Origin: a virus
DNA length: 64,000 nt
Strand: one strand, 5' to 3'
Virus record (IMG/VR): IMGVR_UViG_3300044700_000345
Span: 1 to 64,000 of that record
Part shown: positions 19,852-29,641 of the stretch, one piece after another
Numbering within the stretch: the first letter of the stretch is position 1
Layout of the letters: each line of letters starts with the position of its first letter
Notes under the pieces: model-generated
The model's database searches: none
What the model was told of the DNA's origin: nothing
Seen by the model: the letters and a program-made list of their open reading frames with translations, nothing else
Made by a program: the position numbers and the translations under genes

Positions 19852-20565
19852 TCAACTTAAGGACAACATTGACGGATTCAATATCTTGTCTTCATATGGG
19901 TTAATACCAGAATTCATAAAGCTAGTTAAAAAGTCTTGAGGTTTTTTGGGCGTTAATTTCTGTTCAAGCATTGACCCAATAAGTTGCTCTGTTAGTGTTG
20001 GTTGCTTTTCTTGCTGACCAAAGATTGTAGCAAGAATTTTGTTAGCTGCGTTCTCAATAGCATTTTGATCAGAAGTTGAAGAAGTAGTTTGTGGTGGTGT
20101 TTTTCCAGGGAAATTTGCTTCTTTACCTAATGATTGCAAATGGGCTACCCCAATTTCGTATCGTTTATCAGGAGTAATAAAAACCCCTTGATTACCAAAG
20201 CCAGCTTGATTTGCTCTTGGAATATATTGTCCTCCTTCCGATACAAATTTTACGGGCGTTCCACGGGGGCCAGCCACGTCCCAACCTTTATGGTCACTAG
20301 ATGCGCCCCCAGTAGGTGCCGTCCTGGGGCCATAATCAGAAGTAAGGGATAGACCGGTTTCTGGATTAAACTCAAGGCTTCCTTTTTTACTTTTCCTAAT
20401 TAATGGAATTTCATTTTGGCCTACGCGATAACCAGTGAGTAGATGCTTAAATAATGCCGGGTCTTTATATTCATTTGTTTGAAGATCCCTTACGGAAAAA
20501 TGCCCATGAACACCGGTAGAAATGCCAGTGTCTCCCAGACCACCAATATAGTATTTTTGCGCCAT
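19852..20565 (-). CDS. M23-family peptidase, circularly permuted
   Basis: GDTGISTGVHGHF...DP at the N-terminus precedes TSDYGPR...HKGWD...GFGN...AHL. Confidence 0.75.
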   Translation of the reverse strand: MAQKYYIGGLGDTGISTGVHGHFSVRDLQTNEYKDPALFKHLLTGYRVGQNEIPLIRKSKKGSLEFNPETGLSLTSDYGPRTAPTGGASSDHKGWDVAGPRGTPVKFVSEGGQYIPRANQAGFGNQGVFITPDKRYEIGVAHLQSLGKEANFPGKTPPQTTSSTSDQNAIENAANKILATIFGQQEKQPTLTEQLIGSMLEQKLTPKKPQDFLTSFMNSGINPYEDKILNPSMLSLS

Positions 20566-20595
20566 TAGAAACCTGTATTGATTTATTTTAAGATG

Positions 20596-20623
20596 AAAAA
20601 ACCCCGTCGAATTTGACGGGGTT
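20596..20623 (-). terminator. intrinsic terminator of the capsid operon
   Basis: Minus strand AACCCCGTC-AAATTC-GACGGGGTT then a T run. Confidence 0.8.
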
Positions 20624-20632
20624 AGAAGTTAT

Positions 20633-21043
20633 TTAAACTCGGATTAGGTCTGCCGCCAAAACTGAATCCCAGTCAATTCGCTTGATCTGTTTGAGCTGGT
20701 CAAGACTGTTGAATTTTTCCCCCGATAAGGACATCTGGAGATCTTTAATCTCTCTGGCAGTCTTGAGACCAATACCCTTGATGTGATCAGCGATCATCTG
20801 GGCGGTTGCAGCATTGACGTTTAATCGTGTATCAGGAGGAAACTTACGAGGTTCTTCTTGAGAAGCTCGATCTTTTATCTGAAGAGTTTGCACCTTCTTG
20901 GTTGCAGTCTCATCAGGTGTAAGTTCCGTCTTGTAAGCAGTGTAAAGGCGACCGTCCTGATCTTCGACCATGAACCAATCGCCATTATCCCATTCGCTTA
21001 CAATCTTGACACGAGCACCGGTTTTACGATGTTGGTAAAGCAT
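20633..21043 (-). CDS. helix-hairpin-helix (ComEA-like) DNA-binding protein with N-terminal SH3-like part
   Basis: RLNVNAATAQMIADHIKGIGLKTAREI...FNSLDQLKQIKRI. Confidence 0.75.
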   Translation of the reverse strand: MLYQHRKTGARVKIVSEWDNGDWFMVEDQDGRLYTAYKTELTPDETATKKVQTLQIKDRASQEEPRKFPPDTRLNVNAATAQMIADHIKGIGLKTAREIKDLQMSLSGEKFNSLDQLKQIKRIDWDSVLAADLIRV

Positions 21044-21084
21044 AGGAACCAGAAGTTTTGTTATCTGGTTCCAGTGTAACCTAA

Positions 21085-21921
21085 TCAGCTAACAGTGCGG
21101 TTGTTAAGGTAAGATTCGATATCTTCGTAACTGGGAGCGTCATCCGGACGAACGTAGCACACTTCAACAACCAGGTAACCAGTGCGTCCTGCAGCAACAT
21201 CAGCATCAGAAATGTACACACCACCAGAAGTGGAAGTGTCATTAGGAGCGCCTTTAGCAAACACACCAAGAGTAGTGGAAGCAGTAACGGGATAACGAGA
21301 AATGGTACCAGAACCAACACCAGAGATAGCGGGAACGCCAGTACTGGTAATGAAAGGGTTAGTACCAAAACCTTGCGTACCGCCAGCAAAATAAATCTTG
21401 GCAGCAGCATCACCAGAGACCGTAGAGGTCATGTTGGCTTGAATCGAGCCTTCAGCAACACCGGAAAAAGCAACGCCAGTGGCGGCAGCAGTAGTACCGA
21501 TGTTACGTCCAAACGAAATGATGTTACCGGTAGCAGCATACACACCGGAAGCGGTGCGGCCATCACCCCAGCCAGAAGCCACGGAGATCGCAGTGCGATA
21601 CACATAAGCAGGCTGTGTGGCGCTACCAGAAATCACCATGCCTGTGATGTCGGTACGGGTGTCGTCCTGCCGGTAAGGCGAAGGAACAATCACGCTCATA
21701 AAAGCGCCGCTAGAGGTAGCGTTACCTGAGGCCCAGGTTACGGGTACATAGCCACGTTGCTGAAAGTAACGGTAACCAGGAACAGCCAACACGGAAGTGG
21801 GGCCACCTTTAGAAGAATCGTTGGTACCATCAGCGGGGTTAGCGTCAATGTTTTTGTACCAACCATTAAGAGCATTACTCCAGTTACCTGGATAGATCTT
21901 TTTAGCAGACAAGTAGGTCAT
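21085..21921 (-). CDS. putative capsid decoration / minor capsid protein
   Basis: Directly follows the MCP, has an AGGAG RBS and the same biased codon usage. Confidence 0.6.
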   Translation of the reverse strand: MTYLSAKKIYPGNWSNALNGWYKNIDANPADGTNDSSKGGPTSVLAVPGYRYFQQRGYVPVTWASGNATSSGAFMSVIVPSPYRQDDTRTDITGMVISGSATQPAYVYRTAISVASGWGDGRTASGVYAATGNIISFGRNIGTTAAATGVAFSGVAEGSIQANMTSTVSGDAAAKIYFAGGTQGFGTNPFITSTGVPAISGVGSGTISRYPVTASTTLGVFAKGAPNDTSTSGGVYISDADVAAGRTGYLVVEVCYVRPDDAPSYEDIESYLNNRTVS

Positions 21922-21959
21922 TTATTTCTCCTATGAGATTTGAGGTTTAGGTATAATTA

Positions 21960-23123
21960 TCAGATGTTGCCGTCATCAGAGACGTAGCTGAATGCAGTGG
22001 TAACAAAATCCTTGTTGAGGATTTCAAAACCAGCGTACAGTTGCCAGATCAAGATGATAAAGCGGCTGAAGTCATCGTTGTTATTGATGAGCACCTGAGC
22101 GTTAGGACCGCCGATACCGACGCCAATAGCTTGAGGACCAAAGAAATAACCTTGAGCAACTTCTTGGCTGGTAAAAGTGGAACCAGTGTCAAAAGATGTG
22201 CTGATATTCTTGGTCGGAAAGTTAGTCGACTCGAAGAACTTAACGCCTTCAAACTGCACACCAGTAGGCATGACAGGTTCACCAGCAAGGAAGTAACCTT
22301 GGCCGGCTTGAGGACCCTGGAAGAAGCTGGCGTTGTTAGGCATCATGGGGTTACCCATGTACATGCCTTGACCAGGATTACCAGCGTAACGAGCGATCTC
22401 GCGGAAGTCAGTATCACGACGCAGGTGCATCATGAAGGTAGGATCGCAAATGCAACGATACAGACCATCGGAATAGGTCGGTACGTTACGCTTACGCAGG
22501 TCCTTAACAATATTCAACAGGTCAGTACGCACCTGGAACTGTTGGACGTCAGCGGTGTACTCAGCAGTGGTATAAGAAACAGAGCCGTTAGAGGCTTTAG
22601 TCTTATTGCCAGGGAAGTAGTAACCACCTTGAGTGGTGTCAGCTTTACCGTTAGCTTCAGCTTTGGACAGCTCGTCAATAAAGACGCGGTCACGCCAACG
22701 ACGATAGTCATCAAGCAGCGTCAAGCTACCGATTGACTGGTGGAACATATTGAGGTTACCTGAGTCCAGCAGCATGCGCTGGGCAGTGATCAGGGTCTCA
22801 CGAGCAATCTTAAAGGTCGAAGGCTGGGTAGGATCGCCGGGGTCAGCAGGACCGGTGTATTCCTTAAGCACCACCAGGACTTTCTCCTTGGTGATGTTAC
22901 GGCTATTGGCAGTACCAATAGTTTGGTCGGCAATACGCTCGCGGGCGTCCTTAGTACCAGGGGAACCCCAGAACTTGTAGCGGTCTAGCTGAACGGTTTG
23001 ACCAGGTTGGCGAGTAAAGTCGTGGACGACCACGGGCTCTACAGCCATCTCAGCAATGTAGGCAGGGTGAGGACGGTAAAGTTCCGCACCAAGAATCTTC
23101 GGGAAATCGTTATCAAGAAACAC
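21960..23123 (-). CDS. major capsid protein
   Basis: 387 aa, GGAGGA RBS with GTG start, HK97-like features (PGQTVQLDRY, GVKFFES, GYFFGPQAIG, IWQLYAGFEILN); follows terminase-portal-scaffold. Confidence 0.85.
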   Translation of the reverse strand: MFLDNDFPKILGAELYRPHPAYIAEMAVEPVVVHDFTRQPGQTVQLDRYKFWGSPGTKDARERIADQTIGTANSRNITKEKVLVVLKEYTGPADPGDPTQPSTFKIARETLITAQRMLLDSGNLNMFHQSIGSLTLLDDYRRWRDRVFIDELSKAEANGKADTTQGGYYFPGNKTKASNGSVSYTTAEYTADVQQFQVRTDLLNIVKDLRKRNVPTYSDGLYRCICDPTFMMHLRRDTDFREIARYAGNPGQGMYMGNPMMPNNASFFQGPQAGQGYFLAGEPVMPTGVQFEGVKFFESTNFPTKNISTSFDTGSTFTSQEVAQGYFFGPQAIGVGIGGPNAQVLINNNDDFSRFIILIWQLYAGFEILNKDFVTTAFSYVSDDGNI

Positions 23124-23225
23124 TTTGCTCTATCCTCCAGGATCGCAGAAATTTATCGGGGGAAAGATTTAGACACTTACATGTCTTATCTATCACACAT
23201 TTTAGCAGTGGGTAATTTATTATGC

Positions 23226-23756
23226 TTAAACGTATTGCATAGTAGGCGTCTTATAACGAGCGCCTATTGAATTACTGGAGCCATAAGACTCAGGATCCAT
23301 AGGTGCCTGTTGTTGGAAACCAGGCATTCCCATGGCACCTGGAATAGCACCAAGGGCAACACCACCTAATCCGGCAAGCGCTGCAGACCCAGGAACTAGG
23401 CCTCCCGCCATTACCTTTCCAAGGTTACGTGGTGTAATACGATCAGCAACATTGCCTGCAGCACCAGAAAGGTCTAGCAAGGCCTCTGAAACTAGATCAT
23501 TCTTTGCTCCATAACTAGAACGAGACAGACTATCTTCTGCCCGGCCAAGTAAGTTTTGAGTTTGTTGTGCAAGCTCTGGGCCATACTTACCGGCCAAGGC
23601 AAATTTTCGAGCACCAAGTAAACCAGCGGCGCCGCCAAGGGTACCGCCAATTCCTGCAAGAGCAACAGAACCTGGATCTTCGCCTTGGGAAAGGGCGTAC
23701 CCACCAGCCGCTAAACCAGCAATACCGGGCACACCAGTATTAAGACGTAAGCGCAT
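23226..23756 (-). CDS. Gly/Ala-rich hydrophobic protein
   Basis: 176 aa with glycine-zipper-like segments. Confidence 0.6.
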   Translation of the reverse strand: MRLRLNTGVPGIAGLAAGGYALSQGEDPGSVALAGIGGTLGGAAGLLGARKFALAGKYGPELAQQTQNLLGRAEDSLSRSSYGAKNDLVSEALLDLSGAAGNVADRITPRNLGKVMAGGLVPGSAALAGLGGVALGAIPGAMGMPGFQQQAPMDPESYGSSNSIGARYKTPTMQYV

Positions 23757-23759
23757 GAC

Positions 23760-24728
23760 TTACTCCATCACAAACAGTTTGCCGGCGACAACTTGGGGAG
23801 CAGCTTGATTCAGCATGCGCCAAGCATTCTGGGGATCACGTGCCATCGTCTCGTTGAAACCGCCCCAGAAATTCTCGGGCTGTTGCATACCAGCGGCAGC
23901 AGGAGGTGCAGGGAAATTGCCGTAAGCTGCTTGCACTTGTTGCGTGGGATAACCACGGGTCTCAAGTTGAGCTTCGTTTTCATACACGGGATACGGACCT
24001 TCGGGACCGAAGAAACGCAGCGTGTAATCGCTGAGAACATCGGGGTTGGTCAGAATCTCGTTATATGCCAGGTTCTCCTGGTGCTCATTTACAGCGAAGT
24101 TGGCATAACCTTGGATGTTATTTGCGGCCCGGTTTCCCCACGCCACTGCGCTGTCCAGCATTGCCTCTAGTTGGAGGGCGTACTGGTTTAGCACCGCTGG
24201 AGCTTCCACCCCGAACGCGTCCAGCACTTGGCGGCTGTCGTTGCTCAGTTGTAGGTAGTCCGCGATCGCCTCCAAGGAGGGACCCGAGGAAGTTTGGGAA
24301 TAATTGGGCGAGTAGTCCTGGCTGAGATACGAGGTCGGCGCTACCGATTGTTGCGTAGCTTGGTAGCTGCCCTGACCGTAGTTGGCCGGGGTATACGCTG
24401 TCGGTGTCGGCGCTGACTGTTGACCCTGGAACGGGGATTGGACTGGAGCGCTCAGTAGGTTCACTACTTTGTTGAACGCCGACTCCCATGGATTCCCCGC
24501 TGTTTCCGCCTGTTGGTATTGGGGGGCGTACTGAGTAGGGGCTGATTGGTAGCTGGGGGCTGCCTGAGGTACCGCTTGGGGGTAGCTCATACCCACTTGA
24601 TACCCCACTGGAGCCACCTGGTAGCTGGCCTGGGCCGCTTGCGGTGCTGCCACCACGTAGCTGCTCGGGGCGACGGCTGCTGGTGCTTGGCTCGTCTGTG
24701 GGATCGATTGGACGATAGCGTCCTGCAT
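23760..24728 (-). CDS. putative capsid scaffolding protein
   Basis: AAGGAG RBS 7 nt before ATG; Q/A/P-rich N-terminal half and helical C-terminal half; between portal and MCP. Confidence 0.7.
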   Translation of the reverse strand: MQDAIVQSIPQTSQAPAAVAPSSYVVAAPQAAQASYQVAPVGYQVGMSYPQAVPQAAPSYQSAPTQYAPQYQQAETAGNPWESAFNKVVNLLSAPVQSPFQGQQSAPTPTAYTPANYGQGSYQATQQSVAPTSYLSQDYSPNYSQTSSGPSLEAIADYLQLSNDSRQVLDAFGVEAPAVLNQYALQLEAMLDSAVAWGNRAANNIQGYANFAVNEHQENLAYNEILTNPDVLSDYTLRFFGPEGPYPVYENEAQLETRGYPTQQVQAAYGNFPAPPAAAGMQQPENFWGGFNETMARDPQNAWRMLNQAAPQVVAGKLFVME

Positions 24729-26475
24729 AACTCATCTCCTTTTGTAGAGCTTCTAAAGTTCGATACAGATATGGAGTTAAATCCAATCTCGGATCCGCAG
24801 CCATCGGTAAATCCGGTGATTGCGGGTGAGGGGTCTGCATCATGCCCCCCACTAGGCCAGCGAACGCTTTGTATGCACTCTGCAATTCTCCAACCATCCT
24901 GAACGGGAAACCCGAAAGCATCCCGGCCCTTTCTTCATCTGTTTTAGATGGGAAAAGATATTTCAGTGCTTCAATGCTATCAACACCTAACTCCTGGAGG
25001 TTCCTAACCACAATAGAATTGTTAAGTGTATCCTGCGTGGAGTCTTCATACACAGGTCCCATCCAACGCCATAACATTGTTACGTCGCCATCAGGAATCA
25101 GTCCAAGCACACCAGGTGGAATCTGTTGTGACTTGAGACATGCCATCATTAAACTTTTAACTTGCTCTTCAAATGCACTACGTGCATCTGCATACATCTT
25201 TGCTTCTTCAGGAGTAGCAGTCTCTGGTAGCTCCAGGGGTTTTTCAATTCCTGCAGTAGCAGCAAGCGTTTCACGGAACAGGCGTTCCTCTTGGTAAATA
25301 ATTAATTCAAGACAACGACAAATACCGTACGTATAGATGGCAGTTGCTTTTTTCTTTGATGTTGCAGATACACGTCCAAACAATGATTTGTATTCTGTTG
25401 CAGTTACGCCTGCGGAAATTGATAGCTCATCTACACCACCAAGAGCAGTTCTAATTTCTTCTCGATATTGACGAGAGAATGAATTCTGGTCACCAGTGAT
25501 GGCATCTGGAACAATATAGCCAACTCTATCGTTTGGCTCTAGGTTTGCAATAACGCGTGGCACACGAATTTGGCCATCAACACCACGGCTAACTGGATCC
25601 GATTTAAATGTAGAACGGCTCAAACCATTGGGACTATTAAACCCAGAGTTTGCTGCAATAGATGGACGCTGTACAACGGAATCACCACCGGATTCCATTA
25701 GGTCAGTTTTTGGCCTGGAGGAGAGAAGAGTTGGATTACCAAAGAATTGAATATTCTTACGCATGGTGCGAACCATTTCATCATGCGTACAAATGTGATT
25801 AGCAAATGCCTCAAATTCCCCAACACCTTCGTTAGAAAATCCCTTGGGATTATTAAGGATTTCTACGCAAGGAATAAAACCAAGCGTATTTTTAAACGTT
25901 TTTGTTTTACCAGATACAGCGTAGTTAGGTTGTTCAAATGAAATCTCACCTTCTGAGTGAGTCTCTTCAATTGTCTTATGTTTGATTGAAAGTCTAATGT
26001 AACGTTTGGCACCTTGCCCCATGGTACCTTGACCAGTTAAACTGGCAGCCTGGATATCTTGATCAAAACCAAAACCACGACGCACCTTATAGCTATAGAT
26101 GATTACAACTTCATCCAGTTCTCCGTCTACGTTGTAGTATGTGCGATACTCATGTTTACGAAAGAAGTACAGCCGATAGTTGGCCTCTGTTGGTCGGATA
26201 TAAAAAAGACCCTGGCCATCAGCCAGGACGTAATCCCAGATTGAATCAAGGCGAGTATCAAGTTGATTGTATTTAACTACACGATCAATAAAATCTTTGC
26301 GTTGGTTTCCAAAGTTATCTTGCCCTGGGAAAAATTCAACACCTTGGCGGATACCAAATAGCCGCATCTGTGCCAGGTGCGATGCCACGATGCCAGTATC
26401 AATTGCAGACCCACCATCTTTTTCAAGATACGAGTCAATGATTTCCCTTAATCGTGTTTTAGCATCGACTGCCAT
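24118..26475 (-). CDS. putative portal protein with long C-terminal extension
   Basis: Position between terminase and scaffold/MCP; KNTLGFIPCVEI.N...GVGEF segment typical of portals. Confidence 0.75.
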   Translation of the reverse strand: MAVDAKTRLREIIDSYLEKDGGSAIDTGIVASHLAQMRLFGIRQGVEFFPGQDNFGNQRKDFIDRVVKYNQLDTRLDSIWDYVLADGQGLFYIRPTEANYRLYFFRKHEYRTYYNVDGELDEVVIIYSYKVRRGFGFDQDIQAASLTGQGTMGQGAKRYIRLSIKHKTIEETHSEGEISFEQPNYAVSGKTKTFKNTLGFIPCVEILNNPKGFSNEGVGEFEAFANHICTHDEMVRTMRKNIQFFGNPTLLSSRPKTDLMESGGDSVVQRPSIAANSGFNSPNGLSRSTFKSDPVSRGVDGQIRVPRVIANLEPNDRVGYIVPDAITGDQNSFSRQYREEIRTALGGVDELSISAGVTATEYKSLFGRVSATSKKKATAIYTYGICRCLELIIYQEERLFRETLAATAGIEKPLELPETATPEEAKMYADARSAFEEQVKSLMMACLKSQQIPPGVLGLIPDGDVTMLWRWMGPVYEDSTQDTLNNSIVVRNLQELGVDSIEALKYLFPSKTDEERAGMLSGFPFRMVGELQSAYKAFAGLVGGMMQTPHPQSPDLPMAADPRLDLTPYLYRTLEALQKEMSYAGRYRPIDPTDEPSTSSRRPEQLRGGSTASGPGQLPGGSSGVSSGYELPPSGTSGSPQLPISPYSVRPPIPTGGNSGESMGVGVQQSSEPTERSSPIPVPGSTVSADTDSVYPGQLRSGQLPSYATIGSADLVSQPGLLAQLFPNFLGSLLGGDRGLPTTEQRQPPSAGRVRGGSSSGAKPVRPPTRGNAGQRSGVGKPGRK

Positions 26476-26522
26476 TAACTATTGTCCCCTTTATCTTTAT
26501 TGATCTTAGCAGTTTTTAATGA

Positions 26523-26744
26523 TCAAGAGATTGTTTTATTTTGGAAACCAGTAGGCATTTGTTGTTCGTATTGAGAAGCAGCAAAGAATCCAGCGTTACC
26601 CATGGGAACCATGCCGTTTGAAGAAGCCAGAGGTACCTGGATCTCGCTAGGATTTATATGTGGATGGCGTACCATCAGCGGATTAGGATTGGCCTGTGCT
26701 TGATATCCGGTATTACCTGGGGCACCAGGGAAATTGTAATACAT
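26523..26744 (-). CDS. hypothetical protein
   Basis: 73-aa ORF. Confidence 0.55.
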   Translation of the reverse strand: MYYNFPGAPGNTGYQAQANPNPLMVRHPHINPSEIQVPLASSNGMVPMGNAGFFAASQYEQQMPTGFQNKTIS

Positions 26745-26769
26745 TTCAAATTTTGCTTGTTGTTTTATT

Positions 26770-26952
26770 TTACTCTTCTATAACCTCGTACCCAGCGCTG
26801 TCGTTGATCTTGGTCAGAAGAACACCATTTCCTTTGAGCTTCCATTCCAGAACATCACCTTCTTGCCAAGCAAGGGTTTCTATGATGTCATCCGGAAAAG
26901 TGATGAACGATTCCCCGTTTTCGTCTTCTTGTATTTCCAGGATGTAGCTCAT
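26770..26952 (-). CDS. AbrB/MazE/SpoVT-like DNA-binding protein
   Basis: ITFPDDIIETLAWQEGDVLEW....GVLLTK swapped-hairpin signature. Confidence 0.75.
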   Translation of the reverse strand: MSYILEIQEDENGESFITFPDDIIETLAWQEGDVLEWKLKGNGVLLTKINDSAGYEVIEE

Positions 26953-27242
26953 TTTGTCAAAAGCTTTTCCACAAGTTTATCAAGCTTCATGTTGATCTGT
27001 TTAAAATTGTCGTGCATTTCTGTAATTTCCCTTAAGAAGTCTACCTTCAAAACGTAGTCCAAGGGCATACGGTTCACCTTTTCTTCTAGCTTATCCAACT
27101 CTCTTTCTTGGTTTGCCAATGCGTTATCAATTTGCTTTGCTTGTACTGAAAAACGATTTAAAATTTTATTGGCGGTCCAACTCCCCCCGGAGACGCCTGA
27201 TATAACCAACGTTACAAATAACGCTAAATATTCTGGACCCAT
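26949..27242 (-). CDS. membrane-anchored coiled-coil protein (holin-like candidate)
   Basis: N-terminal TM helix then heptad repeats. Confidence 0.6.
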   Translation of the reverse strand: MGPEYLALFVTLVISGVSGGSWTANKILNRFSVQAKQIDNALANQERELDKLEEKVNRMPLDYVLKVDFLREITEMHDNFKQINMKLDKLVEKLLTK

Positions 27243-27270
27243 GACTAAAACCTTTTCTCTATTCTAGACT

Positions 27271-28797
27271 TCAGTAATCGAGATGGAGGTTTCCTTTTCT
27301 GGCCAATCCTGTTACCAACCATACCAAGGCGTCGACACAATCGTCATGGCTACTAACACCGAAATTAGTGAGTTCCTCGAAGAGATTACTGAAGTTCCTG
27401 AAACGGTTGAAGATAATCTTACGGTCTTCAAACATACCAATGATGCCACGGAATCGTGCAAGCTTATCTGCACGGAACCCTTTCACTGGGTGCCAAAGCA
27501 GATTGTAGAGTCCTTCATTATTCAGGCAAACACGTTTGAAGTCGGCCTCCAAGGAAGCCTGGTATTGTACGGCTTCTGACCAAATATCACACGTTGAGTA
27601 TGTTGGGAAGTACGAACCGTTTTCATCACAACCAAGAATAGACCAATCGTTTAAAAGCTCCTTCATGGCATCTAGTTTTTCCAGGTTTCCCATGACTCTG
27701 ATGCGTCGGTAATCAATGATGTGTATACGGTCTCCAATACGTCCTCCAAGGATCATTACGGTGTAATCGTTTTTCTCTTTGATACCAGCGGAAAGATCAA
27801 CACCAATACCAAGAGCGTCAAATTCTGTTGAGATTTCTGCCTTAACAATTAACTCTGGTGCCAAGGACAATTCATTTTGTCGTATAACTTGATTCATGTA
27901 CTGGAAAGAAAATGCAATAGGTGCTTGCCTTTTCTTTTCCTTTAGGTATTCCAAGGGCCACATCTCCGGCCAGTATGACTTCTCTTCTCCTGTTTTAACA
28001 TCATTTTGAATAGCAGATAAAACAATTTGCATCCAGTTGTTTTGTTCATTAAATGTTGTCGAGTGAATATCATCATGCCTAAACCTGGTACCAAGGCAGA
28101 TTGCCCTGGCACCTTCAAACATGGTTGGTGAAATCACTGCGTTCCAGTTATCCTGCATCATTTTTCTAATGTCAGGGTTTGAGATGTCTGCGGCTGACTT
28201 GATAGCGTCATCAATCATTACCAAGTGCGAACGCTTAGAGGTCACCGAACCTTTCAAGCCTGCAGCACAAAGAGTAAATTGTTCATCACCAATTACTTCA
28301 ATACCAGCAAATTTATGGTCAATAGACCAGTATTCATTACTGGTTACGTTCTTCAGGAGACGTACCCTAGGGAAAACTTCTTGATACCTTTTGCTTTCAA
28401 TGATGCGTTTAATAGTTGCAGACTTGGAACGAGCAATGTCTACCGTGTAAGACAAGTAAAGAATTTGGAGCGGAAGTTTGGCAGTAGTGTGAATTCCAAT
28501 TGCCCAGGCGGTAAGCAAACCTAGAACTGTGCTCTTTGCTGAACCGCGAGGAGCAAGTAGGTCAATGTTTGGACCAGCAATTTTGATCAAACAAGAGCTA
28601 TCTTGATTGGTTATAAATTGCTTATGCCATTCTTTATGGTGCTCTGCCGGTGGTTTATCTGCTACGTACTCACAAAAATAACCAAAATCTTCCTTTGCAA
28701 GATCCAGTTTATCTTGGTTTTTGTTTTCTTTAAGTTTAAAGTTTTTTGTTGCAGCACGAGCATTACGACGATGTGCCAGGTAAGTATAAGCGGGCAC
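27271..28797 (-). CDS. terL: terminase large subunit
   Basis: Walker A APRGSAKST, Walker B LVMIDD, coupling motif LGTR, nuclease motifs GVDLS and HDDCVDAL. Confidence 0.95.
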   Translation of the reverse strand: MPAYTYLAHRRNARAATKNFKLKENKNQDKLDLAKEDFGYFCEYVADKPPAEHHKEWHKQFITNQDSSCLIKIAGPNIDLLAPRGSAKSTVLGLLTAWAIGIHTTAKLPLQILYLSYTVDIARSKSATIKRIIESKRYQEVFPRVRLLKNVTSNEYWSIDHKFAGIEVIGDEQFTLCAAGLKGSVTSKRSHLVMIDDAIKSAADISNPDIRKMMQDNWNAVISPTMFEGARAICLGTRFRHDDIHSTTFNEQNNWMQIVLSAIQNDVKTGEEKSYWPEMWPLEYLKEKKRQAPIAFSFQYMNQVIRQNELSLAPELIVKAEISTEFDALGIGVDLSAGIKEKNDYTVMILGGRIGDRIHIIDYRRIRVMGNLEKLDAMKELLNDWSILGCDENGSYFPTYSTCDIWSEAVQYQASLEADFKRVCLNNEGLYNLLWHPVKGFRADKLARFRGIIGMFEDRKIIFNRFRNFSNLFEELTNFGVSSHDDCVDALVWLVTGLARKGNLHLDY

Positions 28798-28829
28798 AGC
28801 AGGTAATCAAACTATGCTTAAATACTAGC

Positions 28830-28988
28830 TTATTTTTTAGCTTTACGTTTCTGCTCTTGATATTTCCTGGCTTTATCTAGAGCTGCCTTACGTTTTTCCT
28901 TATCGTTCATCTCCGTACCATCCTCCTTCTTAGCTTCCTTCTTCTTGAGGTACTCAAGAAACTGAGGAGGCATTTTACCCTTGGCCAT
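28830..28988 (-). CDS. small Lys/Glu-rich protein (52 aa, not in ORF track)
   Basis: MAKGKMPPQFLEYLKKKEAKKEDG...; GAGG RBS. Confidence 0.65.
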   Translation of the reverse strand: MAKGKMPPQFLEYLKKKEAKKEDGTEMNDKEKRKAALDKARKYQEQKRKAKK

Positions 28989-29123
28989 GATTATTCCTCT
29001 GAGCGGAACCAGGTTGCCGCTTGGGCGTGTAGTAGGTACATCCTGTGGTCACTCTTCCTGTTTCCAGGTGAGAGGCCCCTTGGAGAGGCCCCTGGGCACT
29101 TGACACTAACATGGTGATAGTTT

Positions 29124-29429
29124 CTAATTACGCTCTTGTGCAGCTTTATCGATCTCACGCATGTAAGCTTCTCGATAAGCAGGGCCTACCTCTTTAGCTC
29201 TACGTTGATCGTATACAGGATCCGGGCCGTTGTAAGCAAACTCTCTATTTTCTGGCATCTCTAAACGCCTCATAGGAGTATTTTGATTCTGTGTGTCTTG
29301 CATGGCTTGCCCTTGCTTAGCCTGCATGTTGCGATTGTATGAAGAGAAGCCTGCGCCACTATTTCTTTCTCGCGTTCTTGGCGCGGCAAATTTGTTGCCC
29401 GCCATAGGAATTGATTTACCTGCACCCAT
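29124..29429 (-). CDS. hypothetical protein
   Basis: 101-aa ORF. Confidence 0.6.
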   Translation of the reverse strand: MGAGKSIPMAGNKFAAPRTRERNSGAGFSSYNRNMQAKQGQAMQDTQNQNTPMRRLEMPENREFAYNGPDPVYDQRRAKEVGPAYREAYMREIDKAAQERN

Positions 29430-29431
29430 GA

Positions 29432-29605
29432 TTACTTCCTCTTGGTAGGGACAGGCTTACCTTTGCCTTTAGCGGGAGGCACAGCTCCTTTCTTGGGAGG
29501 CACTGCTCCTTTTTTAGGAGGAACTGGTGCGCCCTTCTTACCCATTTCTTCCTTGCCCACTGGAACAAGGCCCTTGCCAGGAACAAACTTTTTCTCTACG
29601 GCCAT
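29432..29605 (-). CDS. small Lys/Pro-rich repeat protein (57 aa, not in ORF track)
   Basis: MAVEKKFVPGKGLVPVGKEEMGKKGAPVPPKKGAVPPKKGAVPPAKGKGKPVPTKRK. Confidence 0.65.
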   Translation of the reverse strand: MAVEKKFVPGKGLVPVGKEEMGKKGAPVPPKKGAVPPKKGAVPPAKGKGKPVPTKRK

Positions 29606-29641
29606 AGTTAGAAGATAGCTCTTGTTTAAGTATACTGTTAT

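Noticed and set aside
22041-22736. 231-aa antisense ORF over the capsid gene, and similar shadow ORFs (3343, 7188, 24842, 47914, 58040)
   Set aside because: Explained by codon bias of the real gene; no RBS or recognisable motifs.
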